A stretch of 64,000 bases of DNA from Heteronotia binoei (Eukaryota): positions 46,624,001-46,688,000 of the forward strand of contig NC_083229.1 of assembly GCF_032191835.1 (NCBI RefSeq), written 5' to 3'. The notes under the pieces were generated by a model. The model ran no database searches and was not told where the DNA came from. It saw only the letters and a program-made list of their open reading frames with translations. Below, piece by piece: positions 45,801-54,501 of this stretch. Numbering within the stretch: the stretch's first letter is position 1; every line of letters starts with the position of its first letter. The translations under genes and the position numbers were made by a program.

Positions 45801-47922
45801 AAAAAAGACTCCATAAGTATTTTATTTGTAAAACAGAGTATAACTACACAGCAGCACCAATTGATGCATTAGTCTGAAAAAGGCAGAAACAGCAAAGTTG
45901 GATACACTATTAAATGGCAGCAAGCATTAGTTTCCTTCCTTCCTTTCCACCATGGGGGCGCTTTGGATTTCCCACCTCAGGAAAACTTATCTTAAGAGAC
46001 TTTGTTTATTTAAACTCAAAGATCTCAGATGAAACAATGCATTTATTTTAACTGAATATGATCCTTAGTTTTGACCTGGACTGAATAAATATAGCTCTTG
46101 AATAACTACGAGCATGTATACACCTAATTAAATCCTATTGTGTTAAATGGGACTTCCTCCCTAGAATATGCTTATAATTGAGGCTTCAGAGTATCATTGC
46201 ATCATTATCCCCATGAAAAATACACACATGATTAACTAGTTTCTTTGCAGTAGGCAGCAAGCAGGATCTAAGTTCCCAGATCAAGCACATTAGAGGTTTC
46301 TTCATCAAGCACATTAGAGGTTTATACTAATTTACCCTACCTGTAAGATCATGTATGCGGTTATAAGATAAATTCAATCTTGTTAAGTTGAATAGCTTTT
46401 CCAGTCCTGGACAAGAAGAAAAAGTAAAGACTTATTGTAGCAGTCTACTGTAGTCAAAATAACAAAGAGTTTTGGGCAATAACATTTAAAAAACATTATT
46501 ATAAACCGAAGTCCATTGAGGCACATACATGTTTGCAGGAAGTAACTACATAGAAGGGAAGGGAGGGTGGAATGGTATAGCCCGATCTCATCAGATCTCA
46601 AAAGCTAAGCAGTCAGTACTGGGAAGATAGACCAAGGAAGACTCTGCAGAGGAAAGCAATGGCAAACCACCTCTGCTTCTCACTTGCCTTGCTGGGGTCA
46701 CCACAAGCTGGCTGTTACTTGATGGCACTTTACACATACACCACTACATAGATACAACAGGGAATGGACAAAGAAATAACGTTTCCCCCCGCCCCCCATA
46801 TCAAGATTTTAGAAGAGGCACAGAAATTATCATTGATATTCAAAATCTGGTGAGCTTAACATCAAGCTTCATGTAGCTTCCCTAGTAATATGGATAATTA
46901 AGCATAAAATAAAATTGAATAGCACAAGTTTTGCAAGCTTTCTTGAACAGAGCTTTTAGATGTTTGTGAGCAACATTCACAACAAAGACAGTAACAATCC
47001 CACCACAAACTAACCTTCAACTTTTGTTATCAAGTTACAAGACAAGTTTAAAGTTCGCAAGTTAATTAAAGAACTCAGTCCTTCAATCCGATGTATGCAA
47101 TTGGATGATAGATCAAGGTGTTGTAAATTCAACATGTGGTCAAGTCTTTCAATCCTTGAGATCTGGTTGCAGTGCAAGTTGAGTGTGTGGAGTTCTGAAC
47201 TGAAAGGTATTTCCACCAAACTACAAATGAAGGACATGAGGCACTGAGACATCAGTTATTTCAGAAACTCAAGAATCACAGCATACTACACAATTCTTAG
47301 CACAATCCAAGTTTTCAAAGCACATATACATCATTACAATACCCTGTACCCCAATTCAGACAAATATTTGATTACTCAGAGTCTGAAAAAAAATTAATTT
47401 AAAAATAAATGTTTCAAGAAAGGACTCACCTAAGGTACTTAAGATTTTTAATACAGTATGCATAAGATACAATTACAAACATAACACAAATCATTCTGCA
47501 AATGCTCAGAGTATCTTTTATAATTTATTCACATATTCATGGACACTGAACAAAAACGAACGCCTGTCCCTCTAATTAGGACATGGTTCTTTCACACTTA
47601 TAAACAATGGAACGAAATAAATGGGGATGACATACTCAGTTTAACATCGTGTCAAACTCTCCATATTTCAGAACAGAGACTGGGCATCCCATACGAATAA
47701 GGGGGTGGGGGACCACATTATACACCACCCTGAATTCCTTGGAGGAAAAGCGGGATAAAAATGCAAGCGTGAGGATGAGAGAGACAATCAGATCCCGCGT
47801 GTAAACTTTTACCACCGTTTAAGACAGCTCTTCATTCTGTCAACGCTTCTTTCAGCCACTCACCTCTTGATGCGTCGATCCATGAGGCTGAGCTCCCTCG
47901 CTTCTGCACAAGGCTCTGCCAT
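27747..47922 (-). CDS. LRRCC1: Leucine-rich repeat and coiled-coil centrosomal protein 1, 1033 aa, 19 exons
   Basis: N-terminal LRRs ([37 protein letters not shown]), an LRR-cap and a long coiled coil ending ...[15 protein letters not shown]. All introns GT-AG, phases consistent, total 3102 nt; syntenic with E2F5. Confidence 0.96.
28611..28746 (-). CDS. LRRCC1: LRRCC1 exon 18
   Basis: [18 protein letters not shown]...AANEK. Confidence 0.94.
29505..29642 (-). CDS. LRRCC1: LRRCC1 exon 17
   Basis: [25 protein letters not shown]...SLQTQK. Confidence 0.94.
29796..29965. mobile_element. Palindromic hAT-type MITE (170 bp)
   Basis: caggggtggaattctagcaggag...ctgctagaattctacccctg; perfect 8-bp TSD gtctgcac. 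Confidence 0.92.
30214..32268 (-). mobile_element. CR1 LINE, 5'-truncated (~2.05 kb), frameshifted ORF2 including the RT domain
   Basis: Minus ORFs with [69 protein letters not shown]; ends in an (ATTCT)-type CR1 tail. Confidence 0.95.
32340..32990 (+). mobile_element. Non-LTR retrotransposon 3' remnant with a zinc-knuckle-like motif
   Basis: [14 protein letters not shown] and [28 protein letters not shown] (one frameshift); clade not determined. Confidence 0.65.
33183..33391 (-). CDS. LRRCC1: LRRCC1 exon 16
   Basis: [11 protein letters not shown]...LEDTKKAF. Confidence 0.94.
35203..35366 (-). CDS. LRRCC1: LRRCC1 exon 15
   Basis: [16 protein letters not shown]...[12 protein letters not shown]. 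Confidence 0.93.
35520..35705 (+). mobile_element. 5S rRNA-derived SINE (5S-Sauria-like)
   Basis: cctgatctc...tctcagaagctaagtaggatc...ggatgggagaccacc matches the 5S internal control region; tail ggcaaactgcttctg. Confidence 0.8.
35820..35965 (-). mobile_element. 5S rRNA-derived SINE head
   Basis: Minus strand tctcagaagctaagcagggtc...agtacttggatgggagacctccttggaataccagg. Confidence 0.8.
36413..36587 (-). CDS. LRRCC1: LRRCC1 exon 14
   Basis: [16 protein letters not shown]...WGQELAQQ. Confidence 0.94.
36956..37141 (-). CDS. LRRCC1: LRRCC1 exon 13
   Basis: [19 protein letters not shown]...KQETTFNWK. Confidence 0.93.
37570..37771 (-). CDS. LRRCC1: LRRCC1 exon 12
   Basis: KELEARV...[18 protein letters not shown]. 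Confidence 0.94.
38352..38491 (-). CDS. LRRCC1: LRRCC1 exon 11
   Basis: [22 protein letters not shown]...REQEH. Confidence 0.93.
39345..39549 (-). CDS. LRRCC1: LRRCC1 exon 10
   Basis: [12 protein letters not shown]...QRQASE. Confidence 0.93.
40612..40760 (-). CDS. LRRCC1: LRRCC1 exon 9
   Basis: [20 protein letters not shown]...YTTD. Confidence 0.94.
41919..42143 (-). mobile_element. Squam3-like SINE
   Basis: Reverse-complemented body with B box (ccaggttcgattctcc on the minus strand). Confidence 0.78.
42400..42598 (-). CDS. LRRCC1: LRRCC1 exon 8
   Basis: REERASIK...PEESTYK; ttttag / gtactt; phase 2 to 0 fits the neighbouring exons. Confidence 0.85.
43097..43290 (-). CDS. LRRCC1: LRRCC1 exon 7
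   Basis: VLDSS...[11 protein letters not shown]...RSKIP. Confidence 0.9.
44865..45077 (-). CDS. LRRCC1: LRRCC1 exon 6
   Basis: [13 protein letters not shown]...[14 protein letters not shown]. Confidence 0.9.
45165..45334 (-). CDS. LRRCC1: LRRCC1 exon 5
   Basis: [25 protein letters not shown] (LRR-cap). Confidence 0.93.
45523..45690 (-). CDS. LRRCC1: LRRCC1 exon 4
   Basis: [22 protein letters not shown]...NPLCARA. Confidence 0.94.
46341..46406 (-). CDS. LRRCC1: LRRCC1 exon 3
   Basis: [22 protein letters not shown]. Confidence 0.94.
46555..46740 (+). mobile_element. 5S-derived SINE with a Sauria/BovB-type tail
   Basis: gcccgatctcatcagatctcaaaagctaagcag...ggcaaaccacctctg. Confidence 0.7.
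47015..47220 (-). CDS. LRRCC1: LRRCC1 exon 2
   Basis: [20 protein letters not shown]...NLITKVE. Confidence 0.95.
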
Positions 47923-48280
47923 ACTTCTCTTCTATCTGCCTCCCAGCCTTTGCCGCGGAACATGCCGCCATTAACTTTAAATCCCTCCTCCCTGTGCCGG
48001 GCTAACGGCGCCGAAAGGCACGACGGGAGAAAGCGGCGGCTTTATGTTTGCTTTGGGCAATGGGCAAGAAAGAACCGTTGGGGTGGTCGCCCGCGAGAAG
48101 TGCTTGACGTCCGGTAGAGTCAGCCACCTATAGCCCCCCCACTCCCAGCTTCCGGTTGAAGGGAAAGAGAGAGAGAGAGAGAGAGAGCCGAACAGGGCAT
48201 ACCGTGAACGCAGGGAGGAGACAGAGCGGCTCCTCCCAAGTGTGCAGGATATGTTGCGTCCGCGTTCAAATAGAAAGCGG
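47780..48280 (-). promoter_or_regulatory. LRRCC1: LRRCC1 CpG island and promoter, including (AG)11 at 48166-48187
   Basis: CpG-rich stretch around and upstream of exon 1; TGACGT, TTCCGG and an E2F-like TTCTCGCGGG (minus strand). Confidence 0.65.
47864..47922 (-). CDS. LRRCC1: LRRCC1 exon 1 (coding part)
   Basis: [20 protein letters not shown]; donor AG|gtgagt. Confidence 0.88.
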
Positions 48281-48410
48281 AAATAGTTGTTTAAATGTTG
48301 AGGGTTTCTCTTGAAGAAGAATCTTGGGGCTTCTTGAACATGTAATATAAAGGGATCCCCCACTCCGGACTCTAACCTTTGTTTGTTTATTTATTTTTAT
48401 CATTCTGGGA

Positions 48411-49418
48411 TAGGGTTGCCAAGTCCAATTAAAGAAAAATCTGGGGACTTTGGGGGTGGAGCCAGGAGACTTTGGGGTGGAGCCAAGAGACATTGGGGCG
48501 GAGCCAGGAGCAAGGGTGTGACAAGCATAATTGAACTCCAAGAGAGTTCTGGCCATCACATTTAAAGGGACAGCACACCTTTTTAAATGCCTTTCTTCCA
48601 TAGGAAATAATGAAGGATAGGGGCACCATCTTTTGGGGCTCATAGAATTGGACCCTCTGGTTCAATCATTTTGAAACTTGGGTATTTTGGGGAGAGGCAT
48701 TAGATGCTATACTAAAATTTGGTGCCTCTACCTCAAAACATAGCCCCCCCAGAGCCCCCAATACCCGCGGTAGGGTTGCCAATCCCCAGGTGGGGGCAGG
48801 GGATCCCCCAGTTTGAAGGCCCTCCCCCCGCTTCAGGGTCATCAGAAAGCGGGGGGAGGGGAGGAAAATGTCTGCTGGGAACTCTGTTATTCCCTATGGA
48901 GATTTATTCCCATAGAAAATCATGGAGAATTGAGCCGCGGGTATGTGGGGCTCTGGGGGGCTGTTTTTGGGGGTAGAGGCACCAAATTTTCAGTATCGCA
49001 TCTAGTGCCTCTCCCCAAAATACCCCCCAAGTTTCAAAAAGATTGGGCCAGGGGGTCCAATTCTATGAGCCCCAAAAGAAGGTGCCCCTATTCTTCATTA
49101 TTTCCTATGGAAGGAAGGCATTGAAAAGGTGTGCCGTCCCTTTAAATGTGATGGCCAGAACTCCCTTTGGAGTTCAATTCTGCTTGTCACAGCCTTGATC
49201 TTGGCTCCACCCCTAATATCTCCTGGCTCCACCCCCAAAGTGCCCAGATATTTTTTAAATTGGACTTGGCAACCCTGACCCGTGGATCAATTCCCCATTA
49301 TTCCCTATGGGAATCGTTCTCCATAGGGAATAATAGAGTGCCCAGTAGACATTTCCCTCCCCCCCACACGCTTTCTAAAGGGGGGGGAGGGCCTCCAAAC
49401 CAGGAATCCCCTGCCCCC
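48411..49418. mobile_element. Two nested, oppositely oriented copies of one hAT-type non-autonomous family
   Basis: Outer copy 48411-48770 plus 49278-49418. Inner copy 48771-49277 has TIRs tagggttgcc / ggcaaccctg and TSD acccgcgg / acccgtgg. Confidence 0.85.
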
Positions 49419-49952
49419 TCCCTCTCTCTCACACACAAATACTTACTAGATCCTCTTCCTGCAGAACTCTACTTGCTGTGAAAACGAAAGCAAAAGAAAG
49501 GGAGGGGCCGTTCTTCATGGAAACTATTCCTGACCCTTTCCCACGAAGCCCTTCCTGTTTCCTGCGCAGCCTTAAAGTGGCACACATTTTACAAACCGAT
49601 CAGTTTGCAGGTTTCTAAGTTTACAAGTGTAGTTTACAAGTGTTATGCTAAGTTAGTTTACAAGTGTAATGCTTTTTATTAAGACCCTCTACTTTAGCAC
49701 AAAGCAGTGTCCAAGTCTTCAGGTTCTTCAGATTCTCAGAACTCTTCAGGCTGGAAAATAGTAAGGTGGGGCATCTTATGGGAAATGGTGCGCCTGGAGC
49801 CTCTTTGTTAGAAGCGAATTTGCTAAGTTACAGAAACATGGATAATTAATTAAGTATTGACTGGTTTTAATGTTTTAATGCTAACTCGATGTTTTATTAC
49901 TGTACTGTTTGCTTTTGAGTTGTTAGCCGCCCTGAGCCTGCTTCGGCGGGGG

Positions 49953-50084
49953 NNNNNNNNNNNNNNNNNNNNNNNNNNNNNNNNNNNNNNNNNNNNNNNN
50001 NNNNNNNNNNNNNNNNNNNNNNNNNNNNNNNNNNNNNNNNNNNNNNNNNNNNNNNNNNNNNNNNNNNNNNNNNNNNNNNNNNNN
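49953..50084. other. Assembly gap (132 N)
   Basis: Run of N following a G-rich L2 3' end. Confidence 0.99.
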
Positions 50085-50229
50085 GGCACTTTTGTCCATT
50101 ACACCTATAATAGTGAGTCCAATGCAAGGCAGAGTCGCAGTTGTAGTGATCATAGCTCTTTTATTAAGTACAGCATTGTAACGGCTGAACTCTGTGACTG
50201 GCCAACAGGGCCAACTATATACGCTTCAA

Positions 50230-50960
50230 GGTTCCCATGCTAGGACGCCATTGGATCATTCAAACTAGCAGGGGGCCTGTGATTGGAGCAGGGCAGCAGG
50301 GTAATGCTTTCTACATGGGGCTACCCTTGACGCTGACTCAGAAACTACAGCTAGTGCAGAACGCTGCAGCACAGCTGTTAATGGGGCTCCCCATGGAAGC
50401 CCCATTAACAGCACTGGCTACCTATTGTGTTCCGAGTTGGTTTCAAGGTGTTGGTATTGACCTTTAAAGCCCTTTATGGTCAGGGGCCTATCTGTGGGAC
50501 CGCCTTTCTCCACATGTTCCCCAGAGAACACTGCGTTCAGGGACAAAAAGTCTATTGTCCATCCCTGGACCAAAGGAGGCTAGGTTGCGTTTGACGCGAG
50601 CTAGGGCCTTCTCGGTGGCAGCACCAGAATTTTGGAATGCTCTCCCAGAGGCCATAAGGGCCCTGCGAGATCTTTCCACTTTCCACTTTCCGCCTGTAAG
50701 ACCGAACTGTTCCGACAGGCCTTTGATATCTAACCGGGAGTGAACTGCCACCCGACATATAGAGTACTAGGTGATCACTGTTCGAAAAGAAGAACTCACT
50801 TATATTGTAGTAATACAGCACCACGAAATGTTTTTAAAATCTTAAATTGTAATTATGTTTTATTGGTTTTAACTTGTGAATTTGAATGTTGTCAGCTGCC
50901 CTGAGTCCACTTGCGGAGAGGGCGGGATAGAAATTTGAAGTAATAATAGTAATAATTTGG
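50230..50960 (+). mobile_element. L2 3' remnant
   Basis: YMGLPLTLTQKLQLVQNAAAQLL, TRARAFSVAAPEFWNALPEAIR, tail ctgccctgagtcc...gggcgggatagaaat. Confidence 0.85.
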
Positions 50961-51189
50961 ATCCTACTGCCCATTGTTCCTAAGTTCCCAAGCTCAGTTC
51001 TAAAGGCTCCAATGAGCCAGGCAGGAACACTATTAATTATTCACAACCTTCGTCTGCATAGACAACAATACTAAATGGCAAGACTCAGCCTTCAAGCAAT
51101 CCCATTCTTATAACCTGCTGTGCAAATGCCAGCCCTGCTTCATCCATGACAAATGGAATGTCCCTCTAAAACATCAGCCTTTGCAACCA

Positions 51190-51440
51190 ATATAATTCTC
51201 TGTATTCCATTTCCATTTGTCCTGCGTTAGCCACCTGACCACAGCCTTAAAGCATGGCTTCAGAACCACCATAGACACATCTGAAGGCTTGGATGTTGAT
51301 ACGTAGAGCTGAATGTCATCTGCATATTCATGACATCCAACCTAGAAGTGACCTATTTGGCTTTTTGTTTCTGCTATCTGGTTTGCTTGGGGTCAAATGG
51401 CTTGGATGGATCTGATTCAGGATAAGGTACCATGTTATTC
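51190..51440 (-). mobile_element. L2 RT fragment
   Basis: The minus strand reads GCHEYADDIQLY (YADD motif) followed by ...AVVRWL. Confidence 0.7.
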
Positions 51441-52725
51441 AGGATTCTGAAACATAGTATACGTGTGTTGAGCCCTGCATGGTACTATAGTGGTACTACC
51501 TTTATGGTACTACCATTATCTACAGTGGTACTACCATTATCATTTCACTATATAATACAATGTTTCTTTCATGTGATACAAAGAGTTGTAAAGAGTTTTG
51601 CCTATCAAGATATCCAGTTTTTCAGCCACATTTTGCAATTCAGCCTTTCTAGATTGCTTAGCTCCATAGTTACTCAAAATATGCTTCTACACTAGATTAG
51701 AAAGAAGAACTTAGAAACTTAGTAGGGGCAAATGGTCTGATCCCAAGCTGCATTCTATAGGTTATATCTATTTTGAGTCATTCAGGAGAGTCTTAGCTTG
51801 CTGATGGAAGTTTTGGAAAAACAGTTGTTGCTAAGAAGCCATTAAAATGGCTAAGTGTGCAGGGATTCGTGGATTTTCTAAAATGCCATGTTTACACTGG
51901 TGTAAATTCATTTTGGTAGAGTTGACAAATCGATTTGGAAAGACCTGGAGATCTGAGGATGGATCATGGGAAAGTGAGGTTGAGGAAGGGGAGGGACCTC
52001 AATAGGATATAATGCCATGCAGTCCACCTTCCAAATCAGTCATTTTCTTCAGGAAATTAGGAATAAATGATTTAAATAAGAAATAAATGATTTATGCTAT
52101 CTGGAGATAGGTTGTAATTCTGAAAGATCTCCAGCCTCTATGTGGAAGTTGGTAACCCTAAAACTTGAAGTTTAAAGACAGTAAAAAGAAGTAAGAAAGC
52201 CTTAGCCCTTCCAAGAAAAACAGCTCAGGAAGAAGCACAATGCAGCAGATGGTATTTGTAGTTCTTTAGAATAAGAAAGTTGGAAATCCTTGTTGAAGTT
52301 CCAAGAAGAGGCCACTTGCTAAATCAATAAAGCAGACAGTAAATGTTATGACAATTAATTGTCTGAAGAGTGGAACTGAAGAATGTCAATATGAGTAATC
52401 CAATTTAGTTTGCTGGCATGCTTTGCTTTATTTCTTGATAACCTATATACCTGCTGAATCCATATTTGTTCTGAGTTACTTAAACCAAATATAATTTCAT
52501 TGTTATTTATAGGAAATCCAGGTGTCTTGATGTCAAAAGATGACTTGTAATTGGACACCCTGACATTTTATTTTTCTATCTGCCACTGTAATGTCTAGGA
52601 ACTAATAGAATTTTCCAGGTGTGCTTCTCTGTGAAAAGAGACTGGGACAGATTAGATTATTTAGAACAGATGATGAGAGAGGTTAGAGATTTTAGCCTGT
52701 TCTTCATGTAAATCAACAATACGGC

Positions 52726-52911
52726 CAGGGCTTTTTTTGAGCAGGAACACATAGGAATGCTGTTCTGACTGGCTTGGCACCAGGGCGTGTGGCCTAATAT
52801 GCAAATGAGTTCCTTCTGGGCCTTTTCTATAAAAAAGTCCTGTGTAGTCAGGGAATGTGGCCTAGTATACAAATAAGTTCCTGCTGGGTTTTTTCTACCA
52901 AAAAAGCCCTG
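52726..52911. mobile_element. hAT-type MITE carrying an octamer motif
   Basis: TIRs cagggcttttttt / aaaaaagccctg; flanks aatacggc / aatacagt; ATGCAAAT at 52799-52806; internal duplication. Confidence 0.7.
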
Positions 52912-53626
52912 AATACAGTACTTAAGTAATGTTTATTTTTTCTTGTTGTAGTATTTATAATCTAACCTGGCATTTTCTGTTACTTTTATTCTCTTGTATA
53001 TTTAATTGTATGCCTTGATGGAACGGAATATGTTTTTTTTTCATTGTTGAAGAATATAGCTGATCTTTGCCTTGAGAATTCAAATGGCCTGGCCTCTATT
53101 CATAAAGCGGTTGGGTTCTGTGGCAGTTGTATAGCCAGGACTGAACAATGAGACTGGAATGCCCTGTATCTTAAAAATGACAGAAGTGCTTGGCTCACTT
53201 TCTGCTTTTTTGCAGATGGTCTGTTTAACTACAGAAATAATTCACAGGGCAATCCTATGCAGAGTGGCTTCAGCCTAAACCCATTAAAATCAATAAGGTA
53301 AACTGGAAGCAGCTTACTCTAAAGATGAGGAGCATATTGGCTCAACTACATCAGTCCTTGTATCCATGATACAGAGGAACTGTGAATACAAACAGAACAA
53401 AGACAATCTAGTTTCTTTTTCTTGTGTAAAGTCCTACATAAATAATGTTGATTAATCATCACCACTGTGGTCTGCAGTCATCTGCCTGGAGTACTGTTGC
53501 ATTTTTGTCTTCTAGTACAGCCTAAACAAAGTGCTCCATTTACATTTTCTCAAGAGAAACAATTTGAGAAAGCTGATCAAATTGTCATTTTCAAAGACAG
53601 GCAAATTACTTTTAAGGAGACACATA

Positions 53627-53639
53627 GTTAATCATTAGC
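53627..53639 (+). promoter_or_regulatory. HNF1-type binding site upstream of the SLC7 gene
   Basis: GTTAATCATTAGC matches the consensus GTTAATNATTAAC at 12 of 13 positions, ~145 bp before the ATG. Confidence 0.65.
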
Positions 53640-53783
53640 ACTTTGAGTGCTTTGCTTGTGAAAGGTAAAAGGATAATCTGTTTGTAATGACCTTGCAAAA
53701 ATTCCCAGCACTGAAGTAAGGAGGCAGCAAATGATAATTTTAGATTTTTAACTGTTCTCAGCTGAAAAACAGCAGAAGGAAAC

Positions 53784-54501
53784 ATGGGGGAGGACCTCTG
53801 CGATCCATCTAAAGGAAGAAATGAAGTCAGTGAGATGCGGCTCAAAAAAACCATTGGATATTTTGAAGGGGTTAGCTTTATAATGGGTACGATTGTAGGA
53901 GCAGGGATCTTTGTATCCCCTACTGGGGTACTGCAATACTCTTTACTCAATGTTGGTGTTGCCTTGATCATCTGGACGATCTGTGGTGTCATATCTCTGA
54001 TGGGCGCTCTCTGTTATGCAGAACTAGGCACTGCTTTACCATTGTCGGGAGGAGAATACAGCCACATAAAGAGAGCCCTTGGCTCTCCTCTTGCTTTCAT
54101 TTTTATGTGGACAGCACTGTTCAATAAACCAGCATCAAATGCTGCTCGGGCCTTGCTGTTTGCTGAATATGCAATCCAGCCTTTCTACGGTGAATGCCAG
54201 GCTCCAGAAGTGCTGAAGAAAGGTTTAGCTCTGGCTGTTCTCTGGTTTCTTGGAATCCTCAATGGCCGAAGTGTCAAGATGGCTACTTGGGTGCAGACCG
54301 TTTTTACCATACTGAAAATGATGGCGCTGTCTGTAATTGCAATTAGCGGGATTGTCCTGCTGATAATAGGAAGGAAAGAGAATGTAGCAAGATTTGAGAA
54401 TGTTTTTGGTGCAGAGGTTCCAGATGCTGGTCAGATTGCAGAAGCCTTTTTCCAAGGACTTTATGCATATGGTGGCTGGTGGTCTCTCAATTATATGGCA
54501 G
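53784..54501 (+). CDS. SLC7A13: SLC7A13-like exon 1
   Basis: aacATGg; donor GCA G|gtataa. Confidence 0.9.

Noticed and set aside
49850-50243. ORFs spanning the N gap
   Set aside because: They are open only because N codons cannot be stops.
51479-51545. Four short ggtacta(cc) repeats
   Set aside because: A tiny degenerate minisatellite with no further structure.
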